Assembly: GCA_964631275.1 (NCBI GenBank)
Contig: CAZVWQ010000004.1
Coordinates: 11,788 to 75,787, forward strand
Direction: 5' to 3'
DNA: 64,000 bases
Source of the DNA: an uncultured Candidatus Saccharibacteria bacterium
Lineage (GTDB): Bacteria; Patescibacteriota; JACMRA01
In this document: in pieces, positions 18,701-28,275 of the stretch
Numbering within the stretch: position 1 is the first letter of the stretch
How the letters are laid out: each line of letters starts with the position of its first letter
The notes under the pieces: model-generated
Databases searched by the model: none
Told to the model about the DNA's origin: nothing
The model's input: the letters and a program-made list of their open reading frames with translations, nothing else
Program-made: the position numbers and the translations under genes

Positions 18701-19177
18701 ATGATCAAAGACAAAATTATCAACGAAATTATCAAATACCTTCCTTTAACCTTAAACATTTACTTAGACCTAACCTTCACGCTGTTGGGGCAGGAGTCAG
18801 AGTACTTCGAAGGTGGAGACATGAGAGAAGGAAACCCTATAGCCTACATAATACTTAACATTCCTAACCTAAATGGGACTATTGTTTGGCAATACTTTGC
18901 AGTTAGCATATACTTTGCTATTTTAGTTGTGATTATCAACTACCTCAAGAAATGGGATAGAATTGCTAGGTTAACTTATTTCTTATTTTGGATTGGCCAC
19001 TTAGCTGGCTTAACTGGCTGGTGGTTTGTAATAGTAGGCCGAAAATTACTTGGAGATTTAGCTGAAAATAGAACAATTTGGTTTATTGCCTCAATTTCTT
19101 TAGTTAGTGTTTTGGCTATTGTACTTTTTGTTTGCTATGAAAAACTAAGACCAAAAGAGGTAAGTATGAAAAACTAA
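18701..19177 (+). CDS. hypothetical integral membrane protein
   Basis: 158 aa with about four hydrophobic helices. No motif I can name. Confidence 0.5.
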   Translation: MIKDKIINEIIKYLPLTLNIYLDLTFTLLGQESEYFEGGDMREGNPIAYIILNIPNLNGTIVWQYFAVSIYFAILVVIINYLKKWDRIARLTYFLFWIGHLAGLTGWWFVIVGRKLLGDLAENRTIWFIASISLVSVLAIVLFVCYEKLRPKEVSMKN

Positions 19178-19249
19178 GATAAACTTAGGAATAGTTAAGG
19201 TAGGAAATAACTAAGAGTAGTTTTGTATGCTGAAATGTATTGACATTCT

Positions 19250-19278
19250 AAGAAAATTTAGTTATAATTAATTTATAA
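19250..19278 (+). promoter_or_regulatory. consensus sigma-70 promoter
   Basis: TTGACA (19250-19255), a 17-nt spacer, then TATAAT (19273-19278), counted by hand. Lies 37 nt upstream of the ATG at 19315. Confidence 0.6.
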
Positions 19279-19314
19279 TAAACAAAGTTAGTTTTATAAT
19301 AAACAAAGTTAGTT

Positions 19315-19482
19315 ATGATTCCGAGGGAAATAAGAAAAAATAAAGGCAAGATTCTTTTTCTAGCGCTTTTTTTAATTGCTATGATATTTCTAGGAGTAAC
19401 AATTGTGTTAAATAATAATGGTGCTTGGCAAGCTTTTAGAGAGAATATTATAGGGGAAATAGAACCAAACGGAGAAATATAA
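19315..19482 (+). CDS. 55-aa single-pass membrane micro-protein
   Basis: MIPREIRKNKGKILFLALFLIAMIFLGVTIVLNNNGAWQAFRENIIGEIEPNGEI. Preceded by the consensus promoter and a 19-bp direct repeat (ataataaacaaagttagtt twice, about 19276-19314). Followed by a hairpin. Confidence 0.35.
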   Translation: MIPREIRKNKGKILFLALFLIAMIFLGVTIVLNNNGAWQAFRENIIGEIEPNGEI

Positions 19483-19512
19483 AAACAAAAAAGCCCTCGA
19501 ATCGAAAGGGCT
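19481..19512 (-). terminator. intrinsic terminator for the minus-strand micro-ORF
   Basis: Stem AGCCCT (19492-19497) / AGGGCT (19507-19512) with a 9-nt loop. On the minus strand it is followed by TTTTTTGTTTTT. Confidence 0.5.
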
Positions 19513-19536
19513 ATAACATTTCTTTAAGCGAAGATT

Positions 19537-19641
19537 TTATTTAGCTAACTTCTTAACAGCAAATAAAGCAGATAAAGTTAAGAATGCTAAAAGACTAGCA
19601 ATTAGAGTTAAGTTTTCAGAGTATGCAAGAGCTAAAGGCAT
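19537..19641 (-). CDS. 34-aa hydrophobic micro-ORF
   Basis: MPLALAYSENLTLIASLLAFLTLSALFAVKKLAK. Ends 25 nt before the terminator hairpin. Coding status unproven. Confidence 0.25.
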   Translation of the reverse strand: MPLALAYSENLTLIASLLAFLTLSALFAVKKLAK

Positions 19642-21141
19642 AATATAAAAATATTTAGGGTTTGAAAAATAAGATTGTTCTCTCCATTTTCTGAATACGA
19701 AAAAACGTATTAGATGTAAGAGACAGTTATATTTGAATAAAATATTTCTATACTTTTGTCAAGTTTTTGGTACATTTTTTTGTTGTATTTTTAGTACATT
19801 CCTTTGTACTGCATAGTACTGCATATTTTGTAGTTTTTATTGATTAAATAAGTATTTTTGGTAACTTAAAGGAGAGGGCTAGGTTTATTATTTTTGTTAA
19901 CCAATAGAGATTTTTTGATCTAAATGTTCTTTAAGTATATTTTTGGTCAAAAAGTTTGTTAAAAAGTTTTTTGGTTTATTTTTTTGAACAACAAGATAAG
20001 TTTATTTATGAGTCTAAATAATATCAAACATTACCAAGATTTGACGAAAATAAAAAAGGTGGCTATTTTTAATCTACTAAATCTAGCGGTGGTCCTTTAG
20101 CGATTTGCTATAATTTTTTTAGACCTAGCTCAGCTTAAAATACCAAAAAGGTCGAAGATGTCTTCTGAGTTGAGTTAGACTAACCAAGCCAACCTGCAGT
20201 GCGATAATTATACTCAAGTTAATTAAAATTAAGATTTTTTAATTTTCAAATTTTACACACCTCAATACTCACATTATTTTCTTTAGCCTAATTTTATCTA
20301 CTTTTTAGCTTAGACTCTTTGGGCTAATAAATCAATAAAAAATATAATTATACTGAGGGCAGTGTTTTTTGTATTAGGCTTCTTACATTGCATGCTTTAA
20401 GTATTGGTCTTATCTCAAAATAAGTTAAAAATAACTAGTTTCTCTTTTTAAATAGATAAAAATTTATATTTTAGTTGAATTAGTAGTTTATTGTTTATCA
20501 AATAAAAGATAGATAAACTATTTTCTAAATCTTTCTAAATTAATATACTAGTTACTAAGTTACACAAAAAATTTACTTTATATAGCTATATTTAACGGGT
20601 TATTACTAGCCTACCTAAGCTTAGCTCTTCATTAAAAACAAATCTTTTGTTTAAACTAAATTAATTAATTAATAGCTAATTCTGTAACTATTAGTAAAAA
20701 GGATATAAAGAATAAAACAAATTTTTTCTAATTACTAAAGCAAGATTAGCCCTTCCTTGTTACTCAAAAATAACCTATTTTTCGTCTATTTATAAATAAA
20801 TATTTTTGAAAGGTTTTTAAACAAGACTATAATTTTAGCTAATTATAATACTGTTTAAGTTTAAGGATTACCTAAACTACATTTTATAGTTTAGTTTAAT
20901 TTATTAATGTTTTAGTTTATTTTATAGAAGTCTGTTAAAATAGGCTGATTCTACACTAAATTTTGACAAATTATTAGCTATCGAGACTTTGTTAAAACAA
21001 TTTTAGATATGCAAAATGCCTAAGTTACACCTAAATTAGTTATAAGTACCAAAATCTTTTTCTGAATTTTACTAAAATTTATTTTATGAGTTTGAAATTT
21101 TGTAAATTTAAGCTATAAAACAAGATTATTATACAAAATCT

Positions 21142-21256
21142 TATACCCCTTCCACTATCTTTGCGGTAATTACCCGTTAGAATTATGCTTATAATAAAAG
21201 AATTTATTTGCTTATAAAGAGCCAAATCTAGGGTAATAGTAAACGGATTGGGTAAA
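21142..21256 (+). repeat. C-family repeat, full length, right TIR degenerate
   Basis: tataccccttccactatctttgcggtaattacccgttagaatt...aaagagccaaatctagggtaatagtaaacggattgggtaaa. Confidence 0.8.
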
Positions 21257-21343
21257 ATATTACTAGACTGACCTGAACTTTAGCTAAATTATATACTAAA
21301 ACTTATACTAAAACTTTAAATTTTAAATTAACATAACCCCTCT

Positions 21344-23581
21344 GTGTCAAGAAAATCTATTGCTGCCATCCTAAAAGACAAACAAACTGACGATGACAAA
21401 GAAAAGAAAAAAACCAAAAAATCCTCGGCTGATCGTAAAAGATTAACGATTGGTTCGGCTAAAGTTTCCAAAGCTAAGATTCCTAAGATAACTAAGATCT
21501 TCAAGAGGAACTCTAGTCCTGAAGAAATCGAAAAAAGGAAAAAAAAGGCTACTGAAGATTTAGAGAAAGCTAATAAAAAAATTACAAAAAAAGGAAAAAA
21601 AAGTAGAGGAAAAGATTTTTTGGATGATGATTATGTAGAAACTAAGCCAGAGAAGGCTAAAGAACTCGTAACCCGAAAAGGTATCCTGGGCCTGAATTTG
21701 ATATCTACGTCAGAGATGAATCGAGAATTAGCTCTCCAAGATGATAGTATCGAACAGAGAGGTACTCGTCGTTATCGTGTGACTGACGATGGTGTAAAAA
21801 TAAAAATGAAAAAAGTCAGTAAAAAAAGAACAAGTAAAAATAAAAGCAAAAAACTAAAGAAATTTATTGACAGTGAGGGGGAGTTGTATAGTGCTTTCCA
21901 AGCTCAGACTTTGAGTATGAAGACTAAAATCGTAGAGGCTATTAAGCAAGGAGTGCAAAGAGGTTTTATTACCGAGGACGAGCTTTTGTACTTGATACCT
22001 AGACCAGAAAAAGACCTCGAACTTTTAGAGGATATTTTTGCTTTAGCTGAAGATTCTGGAGCCCCAGTTAGTTTTGAGAATACCTTGGACAACCTGTGGA
22101 GCGAGTTTGATGAGCAAGTTGAAGCAGAAGAAAGAGAATTAGCTCAAAAATTATCTGGAAACTTAGCTGGAGATATTGGAGGTAAAAACCTTAGCGATGA
22201 TGCAGTTCAGAATTATATTAGAGATATTTCTAGATACCCACTACTAAACAAAGAGCAAGAAGTAGAATTAGCTAAAAGAATTGAACAAGGAGATCAAGCT
22301 GGTAAGAGAGAACTTAATAATGCTAACTTAAGACTCGTAGTTCACGCAGCTAAAAAATACATGGGTCGTAATTTAGCTTTTTTGGATTTGATCCAAGAAG
22401 GAAATATCGGGCTTCTTAGAGCAGTAGAAAAATTCGACTGGAGAAGAGGGTATAAATTTTCAACTTATGCTAGCTATTGGATTGAGCAAAGTATTCGTAG
22501 AGCTTTAGCTGACCAGAGTAGGCCAGTTAGATTGCCAGTTCATGTAGAAGAAAAACTTAATAGATTCCGTAGAGAAAAAAGAGGCATGATTGACGAATTG
22601 GGTAGAGAGCCTACAGATGATGAATTAGCTGAAAAATTAGAAATAGACTTGGATACTGTTTATTATTTTAAACGTATCGCTCAAGATACTGTTTCTATTG
22701 ATACTATGATCGGACATAGTGAAGATAGCGATACTCAGATGGTAGAAATGATTGAAGATGACAACACTAGCCAACCAATTGATGTAGCCTCTAATCGGAT
22801 TTTAAGATCTCATGTCATTAAGATAATTAATGAATGCCTAGAACCAAGAGAGAAAAAAGTGATTTTACTTAGATTTGGACTTGATGGAACCGGAATTGCT
22901 CACACCTTAGAAGAGATTGGAGAAGTATTTCATGTAACTAGAGAAAGAGTCAGGCAGATCGAGGAAGTCGCTCTAAACAAAGTCAGGGAACATCCTGACA
23001 GCTACAAACTAGTTGATTTCTTAGAAGGTATTAATCCGCAGACTTTGTCGCCAACCACTGAGGAAGACGAAATGGCTAAGATGAGAGAGATTCCATATAA
23101 TAAAAAGATCAGCTCTGAAAGAGTAGTGCAAATGGTTTATAATCAAATTTTGAATAATGATTGCTCTTTATTCTTTTTACGTGGAGAAATGGGAACAGGT
23201 AAAACTACTCTAGTTCAACAAATTGGTAAAAAAATTGATCTAGAAACCGAACCAACCTCTCCAACTTTTTCTTTACTCCAAAAATATACAATCAAAGATT
23301 CTAGTATAATCAAAAAAGCTAATAATTTTGAGAGGGTTGCTCATCTTGACTTGCATAGGCTAAAGTCAGCTAAAAACCTAAAAGAAGAAGATAAAAATTG
23401 GATCGAAGAAGAATTAATTGAAACTTCTAGTATAATCTTTGTAGAGTGGCCAGATAAGCTACTTAGAGACAAGCCATTTATGCAATTTTTGGGTAGGCAT
23501 AGTCTTTTGATTGATTGTAAAATTGGTAAAAAGAAAGATTGGTATTACAGAATAAAAAAAGTAGAGCTAGATAAAATCTAA
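21344..23581 (+). CDS. rpoD: primary-type sigma-70 (RpoD) fused in frame to a TsaE (YjeE) P-loop domain
   Basis: 745 aa with GTG start. Lys-rich N-terminus. Region 2 (NLRLVVHAAKKYMGRNLAFLDLIQEGNIGLLRAVEKFDWRRGYKFSTYASYWIEQSI) and region 4 (TLEEIGEVFHVTRERVRQIEEVAL). After ...HPDSYKLVDFLEG comes a TsaE-like tail: LRGEMGTGKTTLVQQIG, PTSPTFSLLQKY, HLDLHRL, VEWPDKL. Confidence 0.8.
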   Translation: MSRKSIAAILKDKQTDDDKEKKKTKKSSADRKRLTIGSAKVSKAKIPKITKIFKRNSSPEEIEKRKKKATEDLEKANKKITKKGKKSRGKDFLDDDYVETKPEKAKELVTRKGILGLNLISTSEMNRELALQDDSIEQRGTRRYRVTDDGVKIKMKKVSKKRTSKNKSKKLKKFIDSEGELYSAFQAQTLSMKTKIVEAIKQGVQRGFITEDELLYLIPRPEKDLELLEDIFALAEDSGAPVSFENTLDNLWSEFDEQVEAEERELAQKLSGNLAGDIGGKNLSDDAVQNYIRDISRYPLLNKEQEVELAKRIEQGDQAGKRELNNANLRLVVHAAKKYMGRNLAFLDLIQEGNIGLLRAVEKFDWRRGYKFSTYASYWIEQSIRRALADQSRPVRLPVHVEEKLNRFRREKRGMIDELGREPTDDELAEKLEIDLDTVYYFKRIAQDTVSIDTMIGHSEDSDTQMVEMIEDDNTSQPIDVASNRILRSHVIKIINECLEPREKKVILLRFGLDGTGIAHTLEEIGEVFHVTRERVRQIEEVALNKVREHPDSYKLVDFLEGINPQTLSPTTEEDEMAKMREIPYNKKISSERVVQMVYNQILNNDCSLFFLRGEMGTGKTTLVQQIGKKIDLETEPTSPTFSLLQKYTIKDSSIIKKANNFERVAHLDLHRLKSAKNLKEEDKNWIEEELIETSSIIFVEWPDKLLRDKPFMQFLGRHSLLIDCKIGKKKDWYYRIKKVELDKI

Positions 23582-23684
23582 ATTTTGTTTTTAAATATTT
23601 ACCTTAAGTAAGAGACTAGTCTTACCTCAAAATAAGCTCAAAATAAGTAGTTTCTTCCTTGAAATAAACAAAAATTAATTATTT

Positions 23685-23887
23685 TATACCCTTTGAGCTA
23701 ATCGTTATGGTAATTACTGTTAAGAATTTATCTTAAATTAAGATTTATTTGCTTATAAAAGCTAAATTTAGGGTAATAATAATCATGTCTCAAAACCTAT
23801 TTTACTACTGGTTAATCCCTTTTTATAGGATCATAAGTTTTGTAAATTTGAGTTATGGGATAAGACTAATAAACGGATTGGCTATAA
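23685..23887 (+). repeat. C-family repeat interrupted by a nested B-family element
   Basis: Left part tataccctttgagctaatcgttatggtaattactgttaag...agggtaata (to 23778). Right part taaacggattggctataa (23870-23887). Confidence 0.75.
23779..23869 (-). repeat. B-family repeat nested inside C5
   Basis: ataatcatgtctcaaaacctattttactactggttaatccc...tttgtaaatttgagttatgggataagactaa, with TA on both sides (23777-23778 and 23870-23871). Confidence 0.8.
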
Positions 23888-23925
23888 ATTCGGAAATTGT
23901 GTAAAACTAAAATAGAGATCAACCA

Positions 23926-23958
23926 TACAAAAAGCCCCTTGTGGGGCTAGAATTTTTT
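23926..23958. terminator. bidirectional intrinsic terminator
   Basis: AGCCCC (23933-23938), loop TTGT, GGGGCT (23943-23948). T6 downstream on plus and an A-run upstream (T-run on minus). Lies between the convergent rpoD-tsaE and 24112..24768 genes. Confidence 0.6.
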
Positions 23959-24111
23959 GGGCTAGAATGGAATAAACTTACTTGCAGTAAAGCTGTTTAA
24001 CCTCTAATTAAAAACAATAATTCAGAATTTTTAAAAACTTACAATTTCTAATTTTTTGTTTACTCAATCAAACGAATAAAAATTTCAGTGCAGGAGGTCT
24101 AATGTTTTAAA

Positions 24112-24768
24112 TTATCTTCTTAGCACTCTTTTTGCATGACCTCTATTACCTTTTGGTAAGAGTTCAACTTCTTCACCTTCGGCAACTTGCTCTAGAGCTT
24201 TTTCGTAAGCTTTATCAATCATCTTATCAGTTAGTTTAAAATCTTTAGCTGGAGCATCTTCAGGTCTGTTAGCTTGAATAAATTCCTGAGCTTCTAGGAG
24301 AGTAGCAGTAAAGGCTTCTTTATCTTCGTTTTGGGCAGCAGTTGTTAATTCATCTTGAAAAACATCCAACTGTGCTTTGTTAGCCACAAGCTCCTGAAAG
24401 TCTTCTTCTGATTGAATTTCTTTAAATTTCCTTGGAACTCTTTCTAGGCCGTCTACAGCTTCTTGGAAGGCAGTATAATCTCCATTTTCTATGGCAGATT
24501 CTATTGTTTGCTTAGATTTATATTTTGCTTGAATTTCAGCAAATTTTTCTTCATTAAGATTTTCCGCTCTTCTTTGAGCTCTTTTATTACCTTTATCGAT
24601 AATTGCTTGTCTAAATGCTTCAATATCTCCAGATTCAATAGCTGCTGTAGCTTCATCGTTATTAATTAATCCATTTGCACTACTAGTTACAGTTAAACCA
24701 GCAATGATCCCTGCACCTAGAACACTAAGTACAGTAATTCCAGTTAATAATTGAGTTTTCTTAGTCAT
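24112..24768 (-). CDS. secreted/anchored alpha-helical repeat protein
   Basis: 218 aa with an N-terminal hydrophobic segment. Recurring module AIESGDIEAFRQAI / AIENGDYTAFQEAV / NEDKEAFTATLLEA. Confidence 0.55.
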   Translation of the reverse strand: MTKKTQLLTGITVLSVLGAGIIAGLTVTSSANGLINNDEATAAIESGDIEAFRQAIIDKGNKRAQRRAENLNEEKFAEIQAKYKSKQTIESAIENGDYTAFQEAVDGLERVPRKFKEIQSEEDFQELVANKAQLDVFQDELTTAAQNEDKEAFTATLLEAQEFIQANRPEDAPAKDFKLTDKMIDKAYEKALEQVAEGEEVELLPKGNRGHAKRVLRR

Positions 24769-24852
24769 AATATTTTGGTTATAGTTATAATTTTATTAAT
24801 TGTTTTGTTGAATCGAAGTGTTGAGTATGGGCCCAGTCTCTAAGCTTCGTTC

Positions 24853-25001
24853 ATACACCCTTACCGCTAATCGTTATGCCATTAGCCTTGTTAAGAATTC
24901 TTTTTAAACAAGGAACTTGTTTCTTGTAAGGAGAGAATTTTCAGGTTTCCTGAAATCTATTTATTTAGGATGGCTTAGGGAGAATAACGGTTTGGGTATA
25001 A
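24853..25001 (+). repeat. C-family repeat variant with expanded interior
   Basis: atacacccttaccgctaatcgttatgccatt...ataacggtttgggtataa. The interior has its own small inverted repeats (tttcagg/cctgaaa). Confidence 0.65.
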
Positions 25002-25034
25002 GTATTACAACCAAGATCAAAAAAGGTTACAGCT

Positions 25035-25240
25035 TATACCCTTTACACTAATCGTTACGGTAATTCGTTAAGGAAAATAAGGGATTTATAGCGAAATTGT
25101 ATTTAATTTAGATAACTTAGTTAGTAAAAATATTATTTAAATGAACTTTTTAAGAAACAAAATGTCTAGGTTAAATATAGACTAGCTATATTTGCCTATG
25201 AAGAGCTAAATTTAGAGTAATAGTAAATGAATTGGCTATA
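25035..25240 (+). repeat. C-family repeat variant (about 206 bp), in tandem with the previous copy
   Basis: tataccctttacactaatcgttacggtaattcgttaagg...cctatgaagagctaaatttagagtaatagtaaatgaattggctata. Confidence 0.65.
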
Positions 25241-25443
25241 GTTTATACTTCTAAAATAGTTTATACTGATTTTTCCTAAATCTTATGGCTTAATTTCTGA
25301 TTTGCCCTTTATCAATAGATTTCATCAAAAAACACTTGATTTGCGGAAGAGTTTGTGGAAACTTGCCACTTTTACTTTGCTTAATAAATTTTTTTTGAAA
25401 GGTTTTGCATGATCAATTTTTGATTAGTTTTAAGGAGGTTGTA

Positions 25444-25977
25444 TTAGCAGGCTATATAAAAATTCAAGTCTGGAAATTCAGCCAAAATTGAATCTAGTTT
25501 TGATTGATTTTTTGTTTTATTAAAAATAAAGTTACTTGCCCTGTAGCCTGAATAATAATTGATTATATCTAGTGTTTTTTCTTTTTCTTCATTTTCGTGA
25601 GACGCTAAAAGTGCTGGATCTTGATCTAACTGTAAATATAAACAAATTTTTGACTGGGGATAAACAGCTAATAAATCTTTAGTCACGTCTGGGTCTTCTA
25701 GCAATAGATCTTCAATTATAACTTTGTCAGCTCCATACCCAAAAGCCAATTCTACTTCTTCTCTATTTTTTGCGTTTGAGTGGAACCAAATTTCAATTTG
25801 GCTTAAGTTTTTTATTTTTTCCAAATAAAAGTATTTATCTGTGGAATCTTTATTAAAATTTTCTGAATCTTTAATAATCAGAACTGACTCGTCTTTGTAA
25901 GCAGTTAATAGCTCCTCTAAATCCTGATCTTTAGTTAGATTGATTAATTTAATTGTTTGAGTCTTTTGATTGTTCAC
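25444..25977 (-). CDS. hypothetical protein, weak HisA/HisF-like (beta/alpha) barrel similarity
   Basis: 177 aa with GTG start. LAFGYGADKVIIEDLLLEDPDVTKDLLAVYPQSKICLYLQLD resembles the GADKV-I-GTAA--NP segment of HisA/HisF. Too short for a full barrel. Confidence 0.3.
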   Translation of the reverse strand: MNNQKTQTIKLINLTKDQDLEELLTAYKDESVLIIKDSENFNKDSTDKYFYLEKIKNLSQIEIWFHSNAKNREEVELAFGYGADKVIIEDLLLEDPDVTKDLLAVYPQSKICLYLQLDQDPALLASHENEEKEKTLDIINYYSGYRASNFIFNKTKNQSKLDSILAEFPDLNFYIAC

Positions 25978-26083
25978 GAATCAGTTGTTATTTTTTAAAA
26001 TTTTTTATTTTTATAGTTCCCGCACAAATACTATATTTAGTATTTTGAATATAGATTTATATCAATTTAAATAAAACTTAAAT

Positions 26084-26194
26084 TATACTGGTTTCGTAGT
26101 CAAATTTGATAACAGGCAGACTTAGTTCAATTTTGAAGCTATTTTATGGCTTTTTAAAATTCAAAAATGTTAATTTAGAAGTGAATTTAGCATA
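26084..26194 (+). repeat. G-family repeat, diverged
   Basis: tatactggtttcgtagtcaaatttgataacaggcagacttagttcaattttgaagctattttatggctttttaaaattcaaaaatg... aligns with 32143-32256, 47144-47258 and 50524-50642. Confidence 0.65.
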
Positions 26195-26338
26195 GAAGAT
26201 ATTTGATTACCTGTCTTTTTAAATAAATATTTTTAACTTTTAGTTGTTTCAAAAATCGTAATTTATAGTTGTTTCTAACCTAATCTTTTAAATTTTTTTA
26301 TTCAAAATCAGCTATAAACCATTTTTAATTTTTAGTTC

Positions 26339-26392
26339 TATACTCAAATTAGGACTTTTTGAATTTTTGAAGACGTCTTTTTGATATTTCAA
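26339..26392 (-). repeat. F-family repeat, 3' portion, inverted
   Basis: tatactcaaattaggactttttgaatttttgaagacgtctttttgatatttc. Directly abuts the E2 repeat. Confidence 0.6.
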
Positions 26393-26394
26393 AG

Positions 26395-26484
26395 CCTCCG
26401 CAAAAAATCAATTTTACTCCTAAATGTAGATATTTTATCGTCAAATTTACTATATTTAGTATTTTTCTTAGAAAACTGCGGAAG
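26395..26484 (+). repeat. E-family long-hairpin repeat
   Basis: CCTCCGCAaaaaatcaattttactcctaaatgtagatattttatcgtcaaatttactatatttagtatttttcttagaaaacTGCGGAAG. Confidence 0.75.
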
Positions 26485-26577
26485 TTTTAATTTATTTAAA
26501 CCTAACTGTAACCCAAACCTAGACTATAAAAAACTAAAATTTGCTTTGCGATGAGTATAAAAGTCCTTGAGATAAGT

Positions 26578-27699
26578 TTATTCTTTGTTTTTAGGTTTAG
26601 TTTTTGATTTTCTATAAAAAATAAATCCAGCACTAGAACAAATTATAACTATAGTTCCAATTAATAACCAAATATTACTAAAGATTACTCCAATCAGGAT
26701 GGTAACAAAACTTAGTACTAAAGCCACAACAAAAGTAATAATACCGATAATACCTCTACTAAGGTTTCCAAGAAAAGGAATCACGTCTGCAATTACACTT
26801 AAGGGTGCCAGGATAGACTGCAAACCAAACCACATCATCAAAAAACCAACTACTCTTAACACCCAAGTCATAGTTTTATGCTCGTTTTTTAAAGAAGAAA
26901 CTGCCTGATCTTTATCTCCAGGTCTTAGAGTGTATAAGCTTTTTCCATTTTCTGCAGTATATCTTTTGATTTCTTGAGCATCTTTTTTACCGAACAAGGT
27001 TACTTCAGAGTTAGGCCTAGATACTTCGTAAGAAATTCTAATATCGCCTATCTGAGGGTTATTAAGATTGTTAGCACCTTTGAATATATAGTTATTTTCT
27101 ATAATATAGCCTTCTTGTAAATTAACTAAATCAGAATCTAAAAAAAGCTTATCCATACTTGGATAACCAGCGTTAGAAGGGTTAAATTGATAAATTCCAA
27201 GTTTTGCTTCACTAGCTTCTATAGTTTCAGAACTAAAGGGTAATTTTGGGTTAGGAATTTGCGGAGTTTCTTTAAATTTACTAGAATCTTGTGGATTATT
27301 TGTCCACCCTGTAGTATAGGTATAGGTGGTAGTTGTCTCTTGAGTACCACCTAGATTGGTTTGTGTGTTCGAATCTACGTTTTCAATTGTAGCAAAAATC
27401 TCTACGTTTCTTCTAATTGCTAGGTATTTGTCAGAGACCAAGAATAAACCGTCTGCAATCTGTTGAGTCATTTCTATTTCGCCAGTAACTGCTACCAACT
27501 CTCCTTGATTGTCAGTAGATTGCTGGGTAGCAGATATTTCTACCGCCTCTCTAGCTAAAATAGAATTATCAAACCTTCCTTCATTCCAAAAGAGTACTCC
27601 AAAGGAAACAATAAACAAGATCAGACCAAAAATTATACCTCCAATAGAGTTAAAAAATCTCTGAAAAATATTTTTCGAAGTAGTTTCTGTATAAGCCAT
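26578..27699 (-). CDS. TMEM43/DUF1625-like membrane protein
   Basis: 373 aa. N-terminal FQRFFNSIGGIIFGLILFIVSFGVLFWNEGR pattern, a large extracytoplasmic middle, and three or four C-terminal TM helices. Family assignment from memory. Confidence 0.55.
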   Translation of the reverse strand: MAYTETTSKNIFQRFFNSIGGIIFGLILFIVSFGVLFWNEGRFDNSILAREAVEISATQQSTDNQGELVAVTGEIEMTQQIADGLFLVSDKYLAIRRNVEIFATIENVDSNTQTNLGGTQETTTTYTYTTGWTNNPQDSSKFKETPQIPNPKLPFSSETIEASEAKLGIYQFNPSNAGYPSMDKLFLDSDLVNLQEGYIIENNYIFKGANNLNNPQIGDIRISYEVSRPNSEVTLFGKKDAQEIKRYTAENGKSLYTLRPGDKDQAVSSLKNEHKTMTWVLRVVGFLMMWFGLQSILAPLSVIADVIPFLGNLSRGIIGIITFVVALVLSFVTILIGVIFSNIWLLIGTIVIICSSAGFIFYRKSKTKPKNKE

Positions 27700-27867
27700 G
27701 TGATTCCTAAAAAATTATTTATTTTTAATATGTACAAATTTAAATGTTTTAGCAATTTATTGCTTTGCTATGTAGCCATATTTTTATTTGTATAGTTGAT
27801 CTATACTAAACTCTTCCGCAAATCAAGTGTTTTTTCAGATTTACAAAACTTTGATCCTATAAAATAA

Positions 27868-28275
27868 TTATACTCAATTTAGTTTCAAAATTTAGATTTT
27901 TTAATCTTAAAAGGCTACAAAATACCTTTAAAATAGAATTAAGTTTAGCTTTGGTGTTAAATTTGGCTATGAAATGGTATAATAGTCAACCTAAAAATAG
28001 TTTTTGAGACAATTTTTTAGTCTTTTTAAACAAATATTTTTAACTTTCTGTTATTCAAAAATTGTAATTTAGAGCTGATCTTAAGCTAAGATTTAGATTT
28101 TTTTGTTCAAAATTAAATACAAGTAATTTCTTTATTTTTACTTTAAATTGGTAAAAAATTTCAAATATACTAAACTATTAACTACTCAGTGAGCTTTTTT
28201 GACTGTGTTTTTTTATTTAATCAAACTAAAATCTTCAGTTAAATCATAATTTAGTTAGCATTTGGGTATAGTTCT
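27868..28275. repeat. left arm of a perfect 408-bp inverted repeat (G module 27868-27981, spacer module, A module 28166-28270)
   Basis: Exact reverse complement of 31849-32256, checked block by block. Identity stops at 27867/32257 and at 28276/31848. Confidence 0.95.

Noticed and set aside
19712-19726. agatgtaagagacag resembles the Tn5/Nextera mosaic end AGATGTGTATAAGAGACAG (possible adapter remnant or chimeric junction)
   Set aside because: The match lacks the internal GTAT, so it is not an exact adapter. Real adapter contamination is normally exact and at read or contig ends. The 9-mer ctgtctctt also occurs inside galU (about 295-303) by chance. It is worth a quick check of read support at 19700-19730, but I do not treat it as a feature.
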